Source: a virus (lineage: Duplodnaviria > Caudoviricetes). Taken from it: a DNA stretch of 34,521 bases. This document shows, one piece after another, positions 19,595 through 27,827 of the stretch. The DNA is taken from IMG/VR virus record IMGVR_UViG_3300017747_003863, positions 1 through 34,521 of that record; one strand, written 5' to 3'. The notes under the pieces are model-generated. The model ran no database searches and was not told the origin of the DNA. It saw nothing but the letters and a program-made list of their open reading frames with translations. The translations under genes were made by a program, and so were the position numbers. Position 1 is the stretch's first letter. Every line of letters starts with the position of its first letter.

Positions 19595-20257
19595 TTACAG
19601 CTTGAATGCTTTAATCGTTAATTCAAATGGGTTTCCTTCGATGTCTTTTACTTGCTGCAACATCTGCTGTGCCAATTCACGTACCTCCACCTGTGCGTGT
19701 TCGCTGTTACGTAAATGCAGAAAATGCATAAATGAACGCCAGTTGAAACTGATGTCCATAGTAATCTGTGAGTTCATCGTCTTGAAGAATCGTGCTGACT
19801 CCTTGGCCCGCTTACGTCCCAGCAATGGTGTCAAATCAGCAAGGCACTCGTGGTATAATCTGTTGGCCTCCATCGTGAACAGGAACAGCTTATGCTCCCA
19901 GATTGTCTTATCTGATTCATAAATCTCAGGCAGTGTAGTTACCTGCGTATCCCAGTCGGCAGGAATGTAGAACTTATCCTCCTTCAATTCCTTGTAACGT
20001 GCAGACTCACCATTGATGCTTACACCTACACGGTGCTTCAGCAGGTGGATGTGGGTGGCTTGATCCACCGTAACCAAGAAGTGAAGTGTAGACTTCTCGA
20101 ATGGTGTGTGGTGTCCCTCACTTGCCAGCATCTCTAATAGTGAACTGATGCGTGACTGCTTCTCTTCGGTGATGTCTCTGCTGGTAGATGTCCAAGCGGA
20201 CAGGGCGTGAGTAGTGTCATCTCCGTAGTGTCCTATCAATTCAACTCTGTTGTTCAT
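19595..20257 (-). CDS. thyX: Flavin-dependent thymidylate synthase
   Basis: GHHTPFE, KHRVGVSINGESARY, KESARF, NWRSFMHFLHLRNSEHAQVEVR. Confidence 0.93.
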   Translation of the reverse strand: MNNRVELIGHYGDDTTHALSAWTSTSRDITEEKQSRISSLLEMLASEGHHTPFEKSTLHFLVTVDQATHIHLLKHRVGVSINGESARYKELKEDKFYIPADWDTQVTTLPEIYESDKTIWEHKLFLFTMEANRLYHECLADLTPLLGRKRAKESARFFKTMNSQITMDISFNWRSFMHFLHLRNSEHAQVEVRELAQQMLQQVKDIEGNPFELTIKAFKL

Positions 20258-20352
20258 TTCTCTTTGGTGTTAAATTTTTTGTTGTAGTAATTTAGAGAAG
20301 GCGAGTAGACCCAGTCATATGGGTCTGGGATAGCGCAAAGAATGGCGCTCAT
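20254..20352 (-). CDS. Putative 32-aa bridging peptide ending FNTKEK (not in ORF track)
   Basis: MSAILCAIPDPYDWVYSPSLNYYNKKFNTKEK; TAATG overlap with the upstream gene and ATGA overlap with thyX. Confidence 0.45.
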   Translation of the reverse strand: MSAILCAIPDPYDWVYSPSLNYYNKKFNTKEK

Positions 20353-21230
20353 TATTTCCCTCGCTCTTTTGGATAATGGTAAATTTTATTTCTTTCTTCG
20401 TACAACTTACGAAGTTGTTTTGTTTCTTTTTTGTCTTTACCAAGAATATAAGCATATTTGTGCTTTGATGGCATTGATATTTTTTCGGATACCGTTTGTT
20501 TGTATTTTGAATAATCCCTTAATTGTTTTTCAATTTCTGGTGGCATTTTATCCCAATTCATTCCAGTATTATGCGCCCATTCTTTTTGCCACTCAATACC
20601 TAATTCTTTGGCAAATTTTCTGTATGCGGTTTTTTGTCTGAAATACCTATCACTTACAACTTTCCTTGTATATGGGTTTATGTATCTTGTGGTAGTGCCT
20701 GCAGTTTGCCCCATATAGTAGAAATTACAAGCTTGATAAATAGTTCCAAGTTCCTTTGCGATTGGGTCTGAATATGCCGTAAATAATCTCCATTGAGTAT
20801 TATCAACCATCCATTTTATGCACCACATTAAAAATGAACTTGCTAAATTTTTAGGACTCCAAGAAATACAAGCACCTCTGCTTATTAGTCGTTCTAATTC
20901 TTTTGTGTTCTCTCCAAGTGTTTTTGAAAAGGCGTTTGGCATATTAAATAAAATCACCCCTGCAATGATTTCTTTATGGTAGCAAACAAACCAATGTGTT
21001 GTGTATTGAGATAAATTACCCAGCCATTCGTGTCTTTCAATAAATTGTTTTAACTTCTGTTGTTCTTTTTTATCAGTAACATTAACAAACGAAAAATCAG
21101 AAACCCTCAATGCTTCTACATATTCTTTTGTAAAGCCACATTCTTTTAGATCTTCTTCAAGATTTTTTACCCTAATGTCATACTGCCAACATTGGTCTTT
21201 ATCGTATGTGTTTAATCTTTCTTGTATCAT
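20352..21230 (-). CDS. Mom-like GNAT-fold DNA-modifying acetyltransferase
   Basis: FIERHEWLG, GVILF, ISRGAC...PKNLAS, AYSDP...GTIYQACNFYYMG, KHKY; AT-richer than flanks. Confidence 0.75.
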   Translation of the reverse strand: MIQERLNTYDKDQCWQYDIRVKNLEEDLKECGFTKEYVEALRVSDFSFVNVTDKKEQQKLKQFIERHEWLGNLSQYTTHWFVCYHKEIIAGVILFNMPNAFSKTLGENTKELERLISRGACISWSPKNLASSFLMWCIKWMVDNTQWRLFTAYSDPIAKELGTIYQACNFYYMGQTAGTTTRYINPYTRKVVSDRYFRQKTAYRKFAKELGIEWQKEWAHNTGMNWDKMPPEIEKQLRDYSKYKQTVSEKISMPSKHKYAYILGKDKKETKQLRKLYEERNKIYHYPKERGK

Positions 21231-21299
21231 TTTTAATTTTTCAAATTAATTTTGACACCGCAAATAAAAAATAAATACTACTTAACTCTTCAGCTGGCG

Positions 21300-21464
21300 T
21301 CATTTATCTTTGGTGTTAAAGGTTTCCCAGTAATGATCGCACTTGCCGTTCCGAATTGGTACCTCAACAAACATTGATTGATAGGTTCCCATTGGTGCGG
21401 TGAATCGGTAGCACGTTTGTTTTAAGGCGCAACCTTCTCCTGTGCATTTAGTGATGTCTGTCAT
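21300..21464 (-). CDS. Small Cys-rich protein, 54 aa
   Basis: MTDITKC....C.....CYRF...QS...C..YW; internal ATG at 21464 preferred over the ORF-track start. Confidence 0.75.
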   Translation of the reverse strand: MTDITKCTGEGCALKQTCYRFTAPMGTYQSMFVEVPIRNGKCDHYWETFNTKDK

Positions 21465-21696
21465 TTGCAAATCTTTGTACGTAGAATTCCTCTGCGATTC
21501 CTGTACTTTTCTCAAAGTGATGCAGATCCATACCTGCGTGAAACACTTCAATCATCTCCTCCTGGTGCATTATCTTGGCGTGTTGAACATCCTCAAACAA
21601 CTCCCAGTAAAACTCCTCGCTAATCATCCTTACTCGTTCAGCAAGGCATTCAATGCTACTCATTGCCATATTCTGTATCTCAATTATCAGTTTCAA
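21448..21696 (-). CDS. Hypothetical protein
   Basis: ORF in operon (start may be ATG 21669); similar to 25881-26108. Confidence 0.65.
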   Translation of the reverse strand: MKLIIEIQNMAMSSIECLAERVRMISEEFYWELFEDVQHAKIMHQEEMIEVFHAGMDLHHFEKSTGIAEEFYVQRFANDRHH

Positions 21697-21991
21697 CCTT
21701 ATTTACTGGATACGGATAATCACTAAAGGATAGTCCGAATCCCATACTGAAGAATCCCATCTCCCTCTCTGCGTACTTCTTAGTGAGTCGCATCTTCTTA
21801 CGTATAAGTTCAGTACCCCACTTCTCCCACACCTTACTCTGTTCAAAGGTCATAGTCCAGTTGGTGTACCAGTCATCCTGCCTTCCAGCAATGTCATCGT
21901 ACGTTACATCGTGTCCAGCAATCCTGAACATCTCATTGATCAGCTCAATCGACAGCTCCTTCCATTTCTCCTCCCTTGTCTTCCTCTTCAT
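21680..21991 (-). CDS. Hypothetical protein, 103 aa
   Basis: ATG ORF tightly packed in the operon. Confidence 0.75.
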   Translation of the reverse strand: MKRKTREEKWKELSIELINEMFRIAGHDVTYDDIAGRQDDWYTNWTMTFEQSKVWEKWGTELIRKKMRLTKKYAEREMGFFSMGFGLSFSDYPYPVNKVETDN

Positions 21992-22253
21992 CTTTGCTTA
22001 CTTTAATTGTTACGTGCCCATCGTGCATTTCAAGGGCTGTGACCTTAAGTTTCTCAAATTCGGGCGCAACAAACCTTAATGTGTTACCCACGCTGATGTA
22101 CGGTCCGCCACTCGGATCAATCATAGATACAACCCCATCCTTACTTATAGAGTATCGGCAGTAACTGAACGGACCCTCCCATCGGATAGTCTGTTCGTCT
22201 TCCTGTGTGAACTCGTACTTGTCTCGGTACCTGTTTAAGTATTCCACTTTCAT
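21945..22253 (-). CDS. Hypothetical protein, 102 aa
   Basis: NRY...F...IDPSGGPYI motif; ATGA coupling with the upstream gene. Confidence 0.75.
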   Translation of the reverse strand: MKVEYLNRYRDKYEFTQEDEQTIRWEGPFSYCRYSISKDGVVSMIDPSGGPYISVGNTLRFVAPEFEKLKVTALEMHDGHVTIKVSKDEEEDKGGEMEGAVD

Positions 22254-22447
22254 TTTAGTTTTTCTTTTAAGTATTCAACAAGATCCCACGTGTATGCCAC
22301 TACGGCAATTAGGAGAGTAAAAGGCCAGAAGATAGACAGCATATCCCGTGTGGATCTGTCACCTTCAAGTTCATTTTCAGACTTCAATAGTGCCGATGTC
22401 AGTGTTACACCGAACATATAGACACAAACTGCAATTACTATATTCAT
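22250..22447 (-). CDS. Small membrane protein, 65 aa
   Basis: Two hydrophobic segments, FWP motif. Confidence 0.7.
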   Translation of the reverse strand: MNIVIAVCVYMFGVTLTSALLKSENELEGDRSTRDMLSIFWPFTLLIAVVAYTWDLVEYLKEKLK

Positions 22448-22692
22448 AGTTCGTAAGTTGTTTTACCGATTTGTTTTTTTTCTATAATCTGTACAATTCT
22501 GATGGGTCCTGGCTTTGATGTGCCGTAGACCATCTTGACTAATCCTCCTGGTCCATAGAACACCTTGTTGTCCTTTAGTGCAACCATAGCAGGAGTAGTG
22601 TATATGGAAACGAAGTCTACAATCTTGCTGTATTGTATTCTGTTCTTGCTGTATTCAATGACAGCCTTGATGTGATAGATAGGTACCTTCAC
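22444..22692 (-). CDS. Hypothetical protein, 82 aa
   Basis: GTG start and stop both overlap neighbours by 4 nt. Confidence 0.7.
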   Translation of the reverse strand: MKVPIYHIKAVIEYSKNRIQYSKIVDFVSIYTTPAMVALKDNKVFYGPGGLVKMVYGTSKPGPIRIVQIIEKKQIGKTTYEL

Positions 22693-22787
22693 AGGTATGA
22701 GCCAATAACTATTCCTGCAAGTACTCCAGAAGCAAAGATGTACAAGGCAAGACCTATCCCTTCAGCTAATGTTTTAAAGTTTCTCAT
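22689..22787 (-). CDS. Single-TM peptide, 32 aa (not in ORF track)
   Basis: MRNFKTLAEGIGLALYIFASGVLAGIVIGSYL; A-rich leader; GTGA coupling to the next gene. Confidence 0.6.
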   Translation of the reverse strand: MRNFKTLAEGIGLALYIFASGVLAGIVIGSYL

Positions 22788-22811
22788 CTGTATTTATTTA
22801 AGTTGTTTTAG

Positions 22812-22897
22812 CAGCCAGAACGGGATTCGGACCCGTGTCGTCCCTCCAGTCGTGTAGACCTGATAATGAGGGGTGTTGCCCATTACACCACCTGGCT
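22812..22897 (-). ncRNA. tRNA-like RNA with expanded (21-nt) anticodon loop
   Basis: AGCCAGG/TCTGGCT acceptor, GTGT/ACAC D stem, CCCTC/GAGGG stem, ACGGG-TCCGAAT-CCCGT T arm; intergenic. Confidence 0.8.
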
Positions 22898-22925
22898 GTT
22901 TCCGTATGTCAAAGAACAGTAGAAT

Positions 22926-23270
22926 TTACTTGGCGAGATCTACCTCCGCCTTCCAGACTATAAAGTCTGTTACTTCTTTCAGAGCAACTGAATTCTCTGT
23001 GTCTAACTTGTCAAGCAGGGATGGTTTGCATAAAATCACGTTGCTGCCACTCTTATTCACAATCATAACTACAGGGTAACGTCCCAAGCCCACAATCTCT
23101 GGGGCTTTCTTAAAAACGAGTCTGTCACCTTGCGTTGTTGCGGAGTACATCGTTGCGTGTATGAACACATCCGTAGTTCCGATTCTTCTAAACCTGACGT
23201 GAGGGGGCTGAGTACCTTCAATACTCAAGCCCCACTCAAGCGACAGGAATGCTGTCAGCGATTCAAACAT
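22926..23270 (-). CDS. Hypothetical protein, 114 aa
   Basis: ATG overlaps the stop of the SSB-like gene. Confidence 0.7.
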   Translation of the reverse strand: MFESLTAFLSLEWGLSIEGTQPPHVRFRRIGTTDVFIHATMYSATTQGDRLVFKKAPEIVGLGRYPVVMIVNKSGSNVILCKPSLLDKLDTENSVALKEVTDFIVWKAEVDLAK

Positions 23271-23551
23271 TAGAACGGCAGATCGTCTGCTGATAATGTA
23301 GGCTGCTTAGGAGCAGACTGAACAGGAGCACCGCCAGACTGCTGTGCTGCGGCTGCACGTGGGTTGAACACTGTGCACATAGGCTTACCGCTTTTGGCAT
23401 CTCTGATGTCCAAGTTGACGTAGCCTTTTGCGTTGGCGTACTTCTTCAACTCTTCCAGTTGCTCAATCTTGAAAGATACTCGGTATCCTCCAAATTTGCC
23501 AGGCTCGGTGAATCCGATGATGTCTGACGTGTAGGTCTTGTTGTTTTCCAT
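23270..23551 (-). CDS. Putative single-stranded DNA-binding protein
   Basis: Small beta-rich domain, flexible A/Q/P linker, acidic DDLPF tail; next to ERF and exonuclease genes. Confidence 0.7.
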   Translation of the reverse strand: MENNKTYTSDIIGFTEPGKFGGYRVSFKIEQLEELKKYANAKGYVNLDIRDAKSGKPMCTVFNPRAAAAQQSGGAPVQSAPKQPTLSADDLPF

Positions 23552-23571
23552 AATTGTTGTTGTTAATGATT

Positions 23572-23579
23572 CAAAGTTA
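23572..23579 (-). promoter_or_regulatory. -7 promoter element TAACTTTG
   Basis: TAnnTTTG match 20 nt upstream of the SSB-like ATG. Confidence 0.45.
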
Positions 23580-23612
23580 TGATAATGAACTGGTTACTAT
23601 GTTAATTTAATG

Positions 23613-24374
23613 TTAAACTTCCTCAATGTCGTAGAACAAATCAGCAGCAATCTCAGAGAACAGAAACTTCTGTACGTTACTGACAGCCTTGTCAAACTTG
23701 ATACGCCCACCTTCCAGTGTGCGCTCCGATGCCTTGAAAATCTTAGGCGTGAACGGATAACTCGTATCCTGTGCTACCCAGTAGTACTCACGAGTACCTG
23801 CAAGTTCAGAGTAGATGTAGGCTTGGATGTCGTAACCGAAACTAAAGATGTCCCTACGGAATCCAGAGATGGCTCGTGTTGACTTAGAATCAGAAACGTA
23901 TCCATTACCGAGGCAGTCAAGGAAACCACGCACAGGAACGTCTCCAATGAAGCCAGCGAGTTCCTTCTGGTACTGACCCTTTAGGTACGCACCAATAATG
24001 CCTGTATCCTCTAATCTGTTAATCATCTGAACAGCCTTGTCAAAGTCATCGGCAGACACGATACGCTTACCACCTGCATCTGCAATGTACATCTCTTTCC
24101 ATTCCTTGTACGCCTTGGTAGCACGTGGACTTGCACCACCAACCTTCGCCACGATTGACGCATCATCCAGTACAACGAATCTGTCATTGACTGCATCTTT
24201 CTCAAACAGCATCGTGTCGTACAGACTTCCGAACGTCAACGCATCGGAGTCCTTGCTCAGTTGACCCTTGCAGTACATCTCAAACAGACGCACGTCCTGG
24301 AGGGCATACTTGAGTGAGGTGTAGGTAAAGTAATCTTTACCCGTCACCTCTTGTAGTCGGATCGCTAAATCCAT
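23613..24374 (-). CDS. RecE/exonuclease VIII-like PD-(D/E)xK exonuclease (DUF3799-like)
   Basis: YTSLK, FGSLYD, RGFLDC, DSKST, YDIQAYIY. Confidence 0.8.
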   Translation of the reverse strand: MDLAIRLQEVTGKDYFTYTSLKYALQDVRLFEMYCKGQLSKDSDALTFGSLYDTMLFEKDAVNDRFVVLDDASIVAKVGGASPRATKAYKEWKEMYIADAGGKRIVSADDFDKAVQMINRLEDTGIIGAYLKGQYQKELAGFIGDVPVRGFLDCLGNGYVSDSKSTRAISGFRRDIFSFGYDIQAYIYSELAGTREYYWVAQDTSYPFTPKIFKASERTLEGGRIKFDKAVSNVQKFLFSEIAADLFYDIEEV

Positions 24375-24976
24375 TACCCTACAAACTTCTTAAGTGCCTC
24401 AACCTGCTTGTCGCTGAACTGACTTCCGTACTTACCGATGATTGCGCTGTACGCCTTCGCCTTGTCAGAGGAACCCTTGATGTAGTCAACAGCCTGTTGG
24501 AACGTGTCTGATCCACCAGCAGGTGCTGCTGCTTTAGGCTGTTCGGACTTGCCGTGCGTGTTTGTAGCATCGGCATCTTTCGTGTCGTCAATCAAGAACA
24601 TACCATTCAAGGCATACTTACGAGCATACGATGAAGATGCACCGAAAGACTGTGCGATGTCCATTCCTTTACGAGTAGGGTCAATTCCTGCCTGTGCAGT
24701 AACGATAGCAGACTCAATACCGTCAGTAACACGAACTTCTGCCTGAACGTAAATCATACCAGCAACTTCGTGGATGCTGTCAGAGATGTTCATAGACAAG
24801 CCATTCTTTGCCAGCAGTGGTTTGACAGCCTCAAGGATGTCTTCTGCATTGCGATAAGCGTACTTACCGAAACTGTTGTACTGCCCTTTTGGAGCCTTCA
24901 GTTCGCTTTGAACTGCGATAATTCTGTGCACAAGTGCCTGATTGTCAGGCTGTGCGGGGGCTTTTGTTGTAGCCAT
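24374..24976 (-). CDS. erf: ERF-family single-strand annealing protein
   Basis: LKAPKGQYNSFGKYAYRNAEDILEAVKP...GMDIAQSFGASSSYARKYALNGMFLIDDTKDAD. Confidence 0.92.
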   Translation of the reverse strand: MATTKAPAQPDNQALVHRIIAVQSELKAPKGQYNSFGKYAYRNAEDILEAVKPLLAKNGLSMNISDSIHEVAGMIYVQAEVRVTDGIESAIVTAQAGIDPTRKGMDIAQSFGASSSYARKYALNGMFLIDDTKDADATNTHGKSEQPKAAAPAGGSDTFQQAVDYIKGSSDKAKAYSAIIGKYGSQFSDKQVEALKKFVG

Positions 24977-25045
24977 AGTTGAAATGAATTGAAGTTAATG
25001 AATGAATTTAGAATGTACTTGGCGCTACGTCCTCTCTTCCGCTTT

Positions 25046-25074
25046 GCTGCGGGGCTTTGGTGAAGCCCTCCGCT
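25046..25074 (-). repeat. 29-nt GC-rich hairpin element, copy 1
   Basis: 26/29 identical to 33154-33182; intergenic. Confidence 0.8.
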
Positions 25075-25099
25075 TTGCTGTAAACGTGCAAATACTTTG

Positions 25100-25130
25100 C
25101 GAAGATACAAGCCAGAAACGAGAGAATCAA
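25100..25130 (-). promoter_or_regulatory. Putative promoter of the recombination/replication operon
   Basis: TTG-N20-TATCTTCG. Confidence 0.5.
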
Positions 25131-25140
25131 GGGTTTAATG

Positions 25141-25494
25141 TTAAATAATCGTTAATAGTTCAGGGTCTATGTGGTAGTTTCTTGGAGAGATACTTAAGTT
25201 AACTGAACCTAACCAACTCTTATCCACTATCTTACCATCCTGTTCTGATCGGATCAGGACGTCAACCTCTGTGATGAACGGCAATCGCATAGTGCAGATG
25301 TCCACCCAGTAGGTATTCAACTCGTCACCTGTACCTATGCAGTCAAGGTGAACGCTATCTTCAGTTCTCTCTACCTTGTAGGTAACTGCGTATGGTAGTC
25401 CGTCTGCGTAGAATTCAATCAGGATGACCACACCCTCATTGACAGCCTTGTTCAGAAGTATCATACTATCCCCATCAGTTTGAACGACACCCAT
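25141..25494 (-). CDS. Hypothetical protein, 117 aa
   Basis: ATG ORF on the coding strand. Confidence 0.65.
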   Translation of the reverse strand: MGVVQTDGDSMILLNKAVNEGVVILIEFYADGLPYAVTYKVERTEDSVHLDCIGTGDELNTYWVDICTMRLPFITEVDVLIRSEQDGKIVDKSWLGSVNLSISPRNYHIDPELLTII

Positions 25495-25530
25495 ATGAAT
25501 GCAATTAGTTTAGCGAAGTTGATTAGAGAT

Positions 25531-25827
25531 TCAATTAGTATCTTCCTTCGTTTCCTGTTCCCAGAGGATAGGATAGCCTGCTTTCTTGTCATCGTTGTTA
25601 GGTTTGTCTACCAAGAAGGTATCTGAGTTAGACCAATACTTAGGGTTTACGTAAACTGTGACTCCGTTTTCAAACTCAGTCACCCAGTTGTAGTGGACTT
25701 TGTTCTTGGCTCCGATGCACCGCTTACCTTGGCGAACCACTTCTGCAACAGCCTCTATGGCCTCCTGCTCTTTGACGTCACCTCGTAGGTTAATGAGGAT
25801 ACGTCTGCGTTTTGTTTCTCTCGGCAT
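25531..25827 (-). CDS. Hypothetical protein, 98 aa
   Basis: ATG ORF with A-rich leader. Confidence 0.75.
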   Translation of the reverse strand: MPRETKRRRILINLRGDVKEQEAIEAVAEVVRQGKRCIGAKNKVHYNWVTEFENGVTVYVNPKYWSNSDTFLVDKPNNDDKKAGYPILWEQETKEDTN

Positions 25828-25880
25828 TTTGAATTAGTTTGAGATGTAAAAATACGAATAACTTACTGAACTACCAAACA

Positions 25881-26108
25881 TTACAGGTCATATAAGAATA
25901 TATTTGCGTGGAAATCTTCGCCTGATTCACAGGGCTGTGGGTCGCCTTTCCTGCGTGGGCATACCTGCTCTTTGCCGTAGTCCCATACGTCCTCAATCAA
26001 CTGACGTTGCATACGTCTGAGTTGCTTTGCTTCGTGAATGATTTCCTCACGTGTGATGTGCGGGTGTTGGTTGATGATTCTGATCAACTTTTCAATCGGT
26101 GTGTCCAT
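25881..26108 (-). CDS. Hypothetical protein, 75 aa
   Basis: TAATG coupling; similar to 21448-21696. Confidence 0.7.
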   Translation of the reverse strand: MDTPIEKLIRIINQHPHITREEIIHEAKQLRRMQRQLIEDVWDYGKEQVCPRRKGDPQPCESGEDFHANIFLYDL

Positions 26109-26647
26109 TAGAATTTGTCTTTTAGGTTTTGTTTTTCAATGATGTTTTTCAGGGCTTCCTCGTAGTGCGTTGCCTCTGCGTACTTGGACAGCAGGTTGTA
26201 GAACTGCTCCTCGGTCTTGCACTGGTTGGCGTACGTTGCACACCACAGGGCATAGTCAATGACGCTATCCTCCCAAGTGGCGTAGGCTGCGTGGTTCCGA
26301 TTGGTTCCTGTCGCTGTGTTAATCCTGACCCGTGCCTGCTTCATCCCGAACAGATTATTGTTCTCAAGGAATATGCCTGAACGGAAGTCATTGGACTCAA
26401 TTTTTGCCTGCGCTAAGGCTATGTGCGGGAAGCGGATGTTCAACTCCTTCAACTTGTCAATCAAGCGGTCTTCCGTGAAGTTATTGTTTGTCACGTCCAC
26501 GTTCATAACGCTTTCGTAGACCTTGACTGACGTGTGTGCAGTTAGCGCAATTCCAACCGAAGAAAGAGTGATGATTGTGAACAGCAGGTTCTTTTTCGCC
26601 ATACTGACACGCTCAAAGGTCAGGGTTTCTTTGTTGTACCTGTACAT
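26108..26647 (-). CDS. Glucosaminidase (GH73-like) peptidoglycan hydrolase with N-terminal TM segment
   Basis: ALAQAKIES, NNLFGMK, AAYATWEDSVIDY, YAEATHY; hydrophobic residues ~21-37. Confidence 0.82.
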   Translation of the reverse strand: MYRYNKETLTFERVSMAKKNLLFTIITLSSVGIALTAHTSVKVYESVMNVDVTNNNFTEDRLIDKLKELNIRFPHIALAQAKIESNDFRSGIFLENNNLFGMKQARVRINTATGTNRNHAAYATWEDSVIDYALWCATYANQCKTEEQFYNLLSKYAEATHYEEALKNIIEKQNLKDKF

Positions 26648-26651
26648 AGCC

Positions 26652-26939
26652 TTACTTGTTTGTTGCGGAGAATTCCAACATTGCGTCTAAGAACCATTCC
26701 CGATCAACTGCGTGCAGGTGGTACTCGTTCTTGTCTTCGTAACGCTTGAGGATGTCACTCGCAAGTTTACGCTGTGCTCCGTAGATTACTCGCAGGATTT
26801 CTTCTGCAAGATTACCTACCTCGTCTTCGTGCAACAGCCTGCAATCAGATGGCGCAGTTGTTCCATCCTGATTAAACGTAACTCCCTCAGGCATAGTGTA
26901 CTTCAGGATTACTTCTTTGATGATGTTTTCTTTTTTCAT
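26652..26939 (-). CDS. Hypothetical protein, 95 aa
   Basis: ATG ORF, ATGA coupled. Confidence 0.7.
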   Translation of the reverse strand: MKKENIIKEVILKYTMPEGVTFNQDGTTAPSDCRLLHEDEVGNLAEEILRVIYGAQRKLASDILKRYEDKNEYHLHAVDREWFLDAMLEFSATNK

Positions 26940-27097
26940 TTCTCGGTAACTTTAAATGAATGATTACGTGGGTTCTCTTTAAGTTTATGGTAGTCCAAGT
27001 GTAACTCCCATTTGTTGGTGTGCTTATGGTAGATTTCTGTGGTTCCACCTACACCGAATCTGTCGGTGCGCTTGTAGTGCAGGATGTATATGTTCAT
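26936..27097 (-). CDS. Hypothetical protein, 53 aa (not in ORF track)
   Basis: MNIYILHYKRTDRFG...FKVTEK; ATGA overlaps at both ends. Confidence 0.65.
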   Translation of the reverse strand: MNIYILHYKRTDRFGVGGTTEIYHKHTNKWELHLDYHKLKENPRNHSFKVTEK

Positions 27098-27492
27098 AGG
27101 ATTTCCATTTTAGTGTTCTCGTGAATACTCAGTACGTACTTGGCTCCTGTGATGGACGCTACATATAGCGCATCTTCAAGCCTGTCAAAGAATTCATATA
27201 CGTCAATCGTTGTGCTTCCATCCTGAGCAAAGCCTCCGAAGTAGTAGCCACGTCCAATCGGGAACTGACCCTGCATCCATTCCTGAACTCGGTCAGGAGT
27301 CATCAGACCTGTGCTCGTAGCCAACGAACAGCCTAAGGGCAGCGCATAGCCTTCCAATGGGGTCTTCAGGTCAGAGTCAATGAACGATGTGTGCAGTTGA
27401 GCCAAGCGGTTAGCCAATACTTTGGAGGCATTGCGTACGCCTGATAACTTGCCCTGACTATAGGGCGTTGGCGGTGGTGAGAAGACGTTCAT
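27094..27492 (-). CDS. Hypothetical protein, paralogue of 30786-31145
   Basis: G.F..DG...IDV...F....A...A..TG.K pattern shared with 30786-31145. Confidence 0.7.
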   Translation of the reverse strand: MNVFSPPPTPYSQGKLSGVRNASKVLANRLAQLHTSFIDSDLKTPLEGYALPLGCSLATSTGLMTPDRVQEWMQGQFPIGRGYYFGGFAQDGSTTIDVYEFFDRLEDALYVASITGAKYVLSIHENTKMEIL

Positions 27493-27691
27493 ACAGGTAG
27501 TTTTTAATTATGTGGTTCAAGGTAATTTTGCATCGGTTAATGCAGGACTCAACAACAAGTACCTTCACTTCATCAGGTACTGCAATTATCTCCTCCATCA
27601 GGTTTTCACTTACCTGCCCACGTGTGAACAGGAGCGAACAGGTTTGGTCATACAATTTGATGGCCTCCTGATTAGTTATCGTTGGATTCAT
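27458..27691 (-). CDS. Hypothetical protein, 77 aa
   Basis: ATG ORF in the packed early array. Confidence 0.65.
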   Translation of the reverse strand: MNPTITNQEAIKLYDQTCSLLFTRGQVSENLMEEIIAVPDEVKVLVVESCINRCKITLNHIIKNYLYERLLTTANAL

Positions 27692-27827
27692 TTAAACGTG
27701 TTTTAAGCGGTTCTAAGAGCACTTCGGTTAGCGGGTGGACTGAGAGCACGTCCAAGATGTCTGACACGTGCATCTCGTCCAACAGCAGTTTCAATCGTGC
27801 CTTCTGAATTAGGTGGTTTGTCTTCAT
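27672..27827 (-). CDS. Hypothetical protein, 51 aa (not in ORF track)
   Basis: MKTNHLIQKARLKLLLDEMH...; TGATG coupling to the upstream gene. Confidence 0.55.
   Translation of the reverse strand: MKTNHLIQKARLKLLLDEMHVSDILDVLSVHPLTEVLLEPLKTRLNESNDN

Larger units (their letters stand above)
20254..21320 (-). repeat. 21-bp direct repeats TTTAACACCAAAGA(G/T)AAATGA (20254-20274 and 21300-21320) bounding the Mom-like gene
   Basis: 20/21 identical, read directly. Confidence 0.85.

Noticed and set aside
20307-20349. Two short hairpins downstream of the Mom-like gene as a terminator
   Set aside because: Stems of 7 and 5 bp with no adjacent U tract, lying within a plausible bridging ORF.
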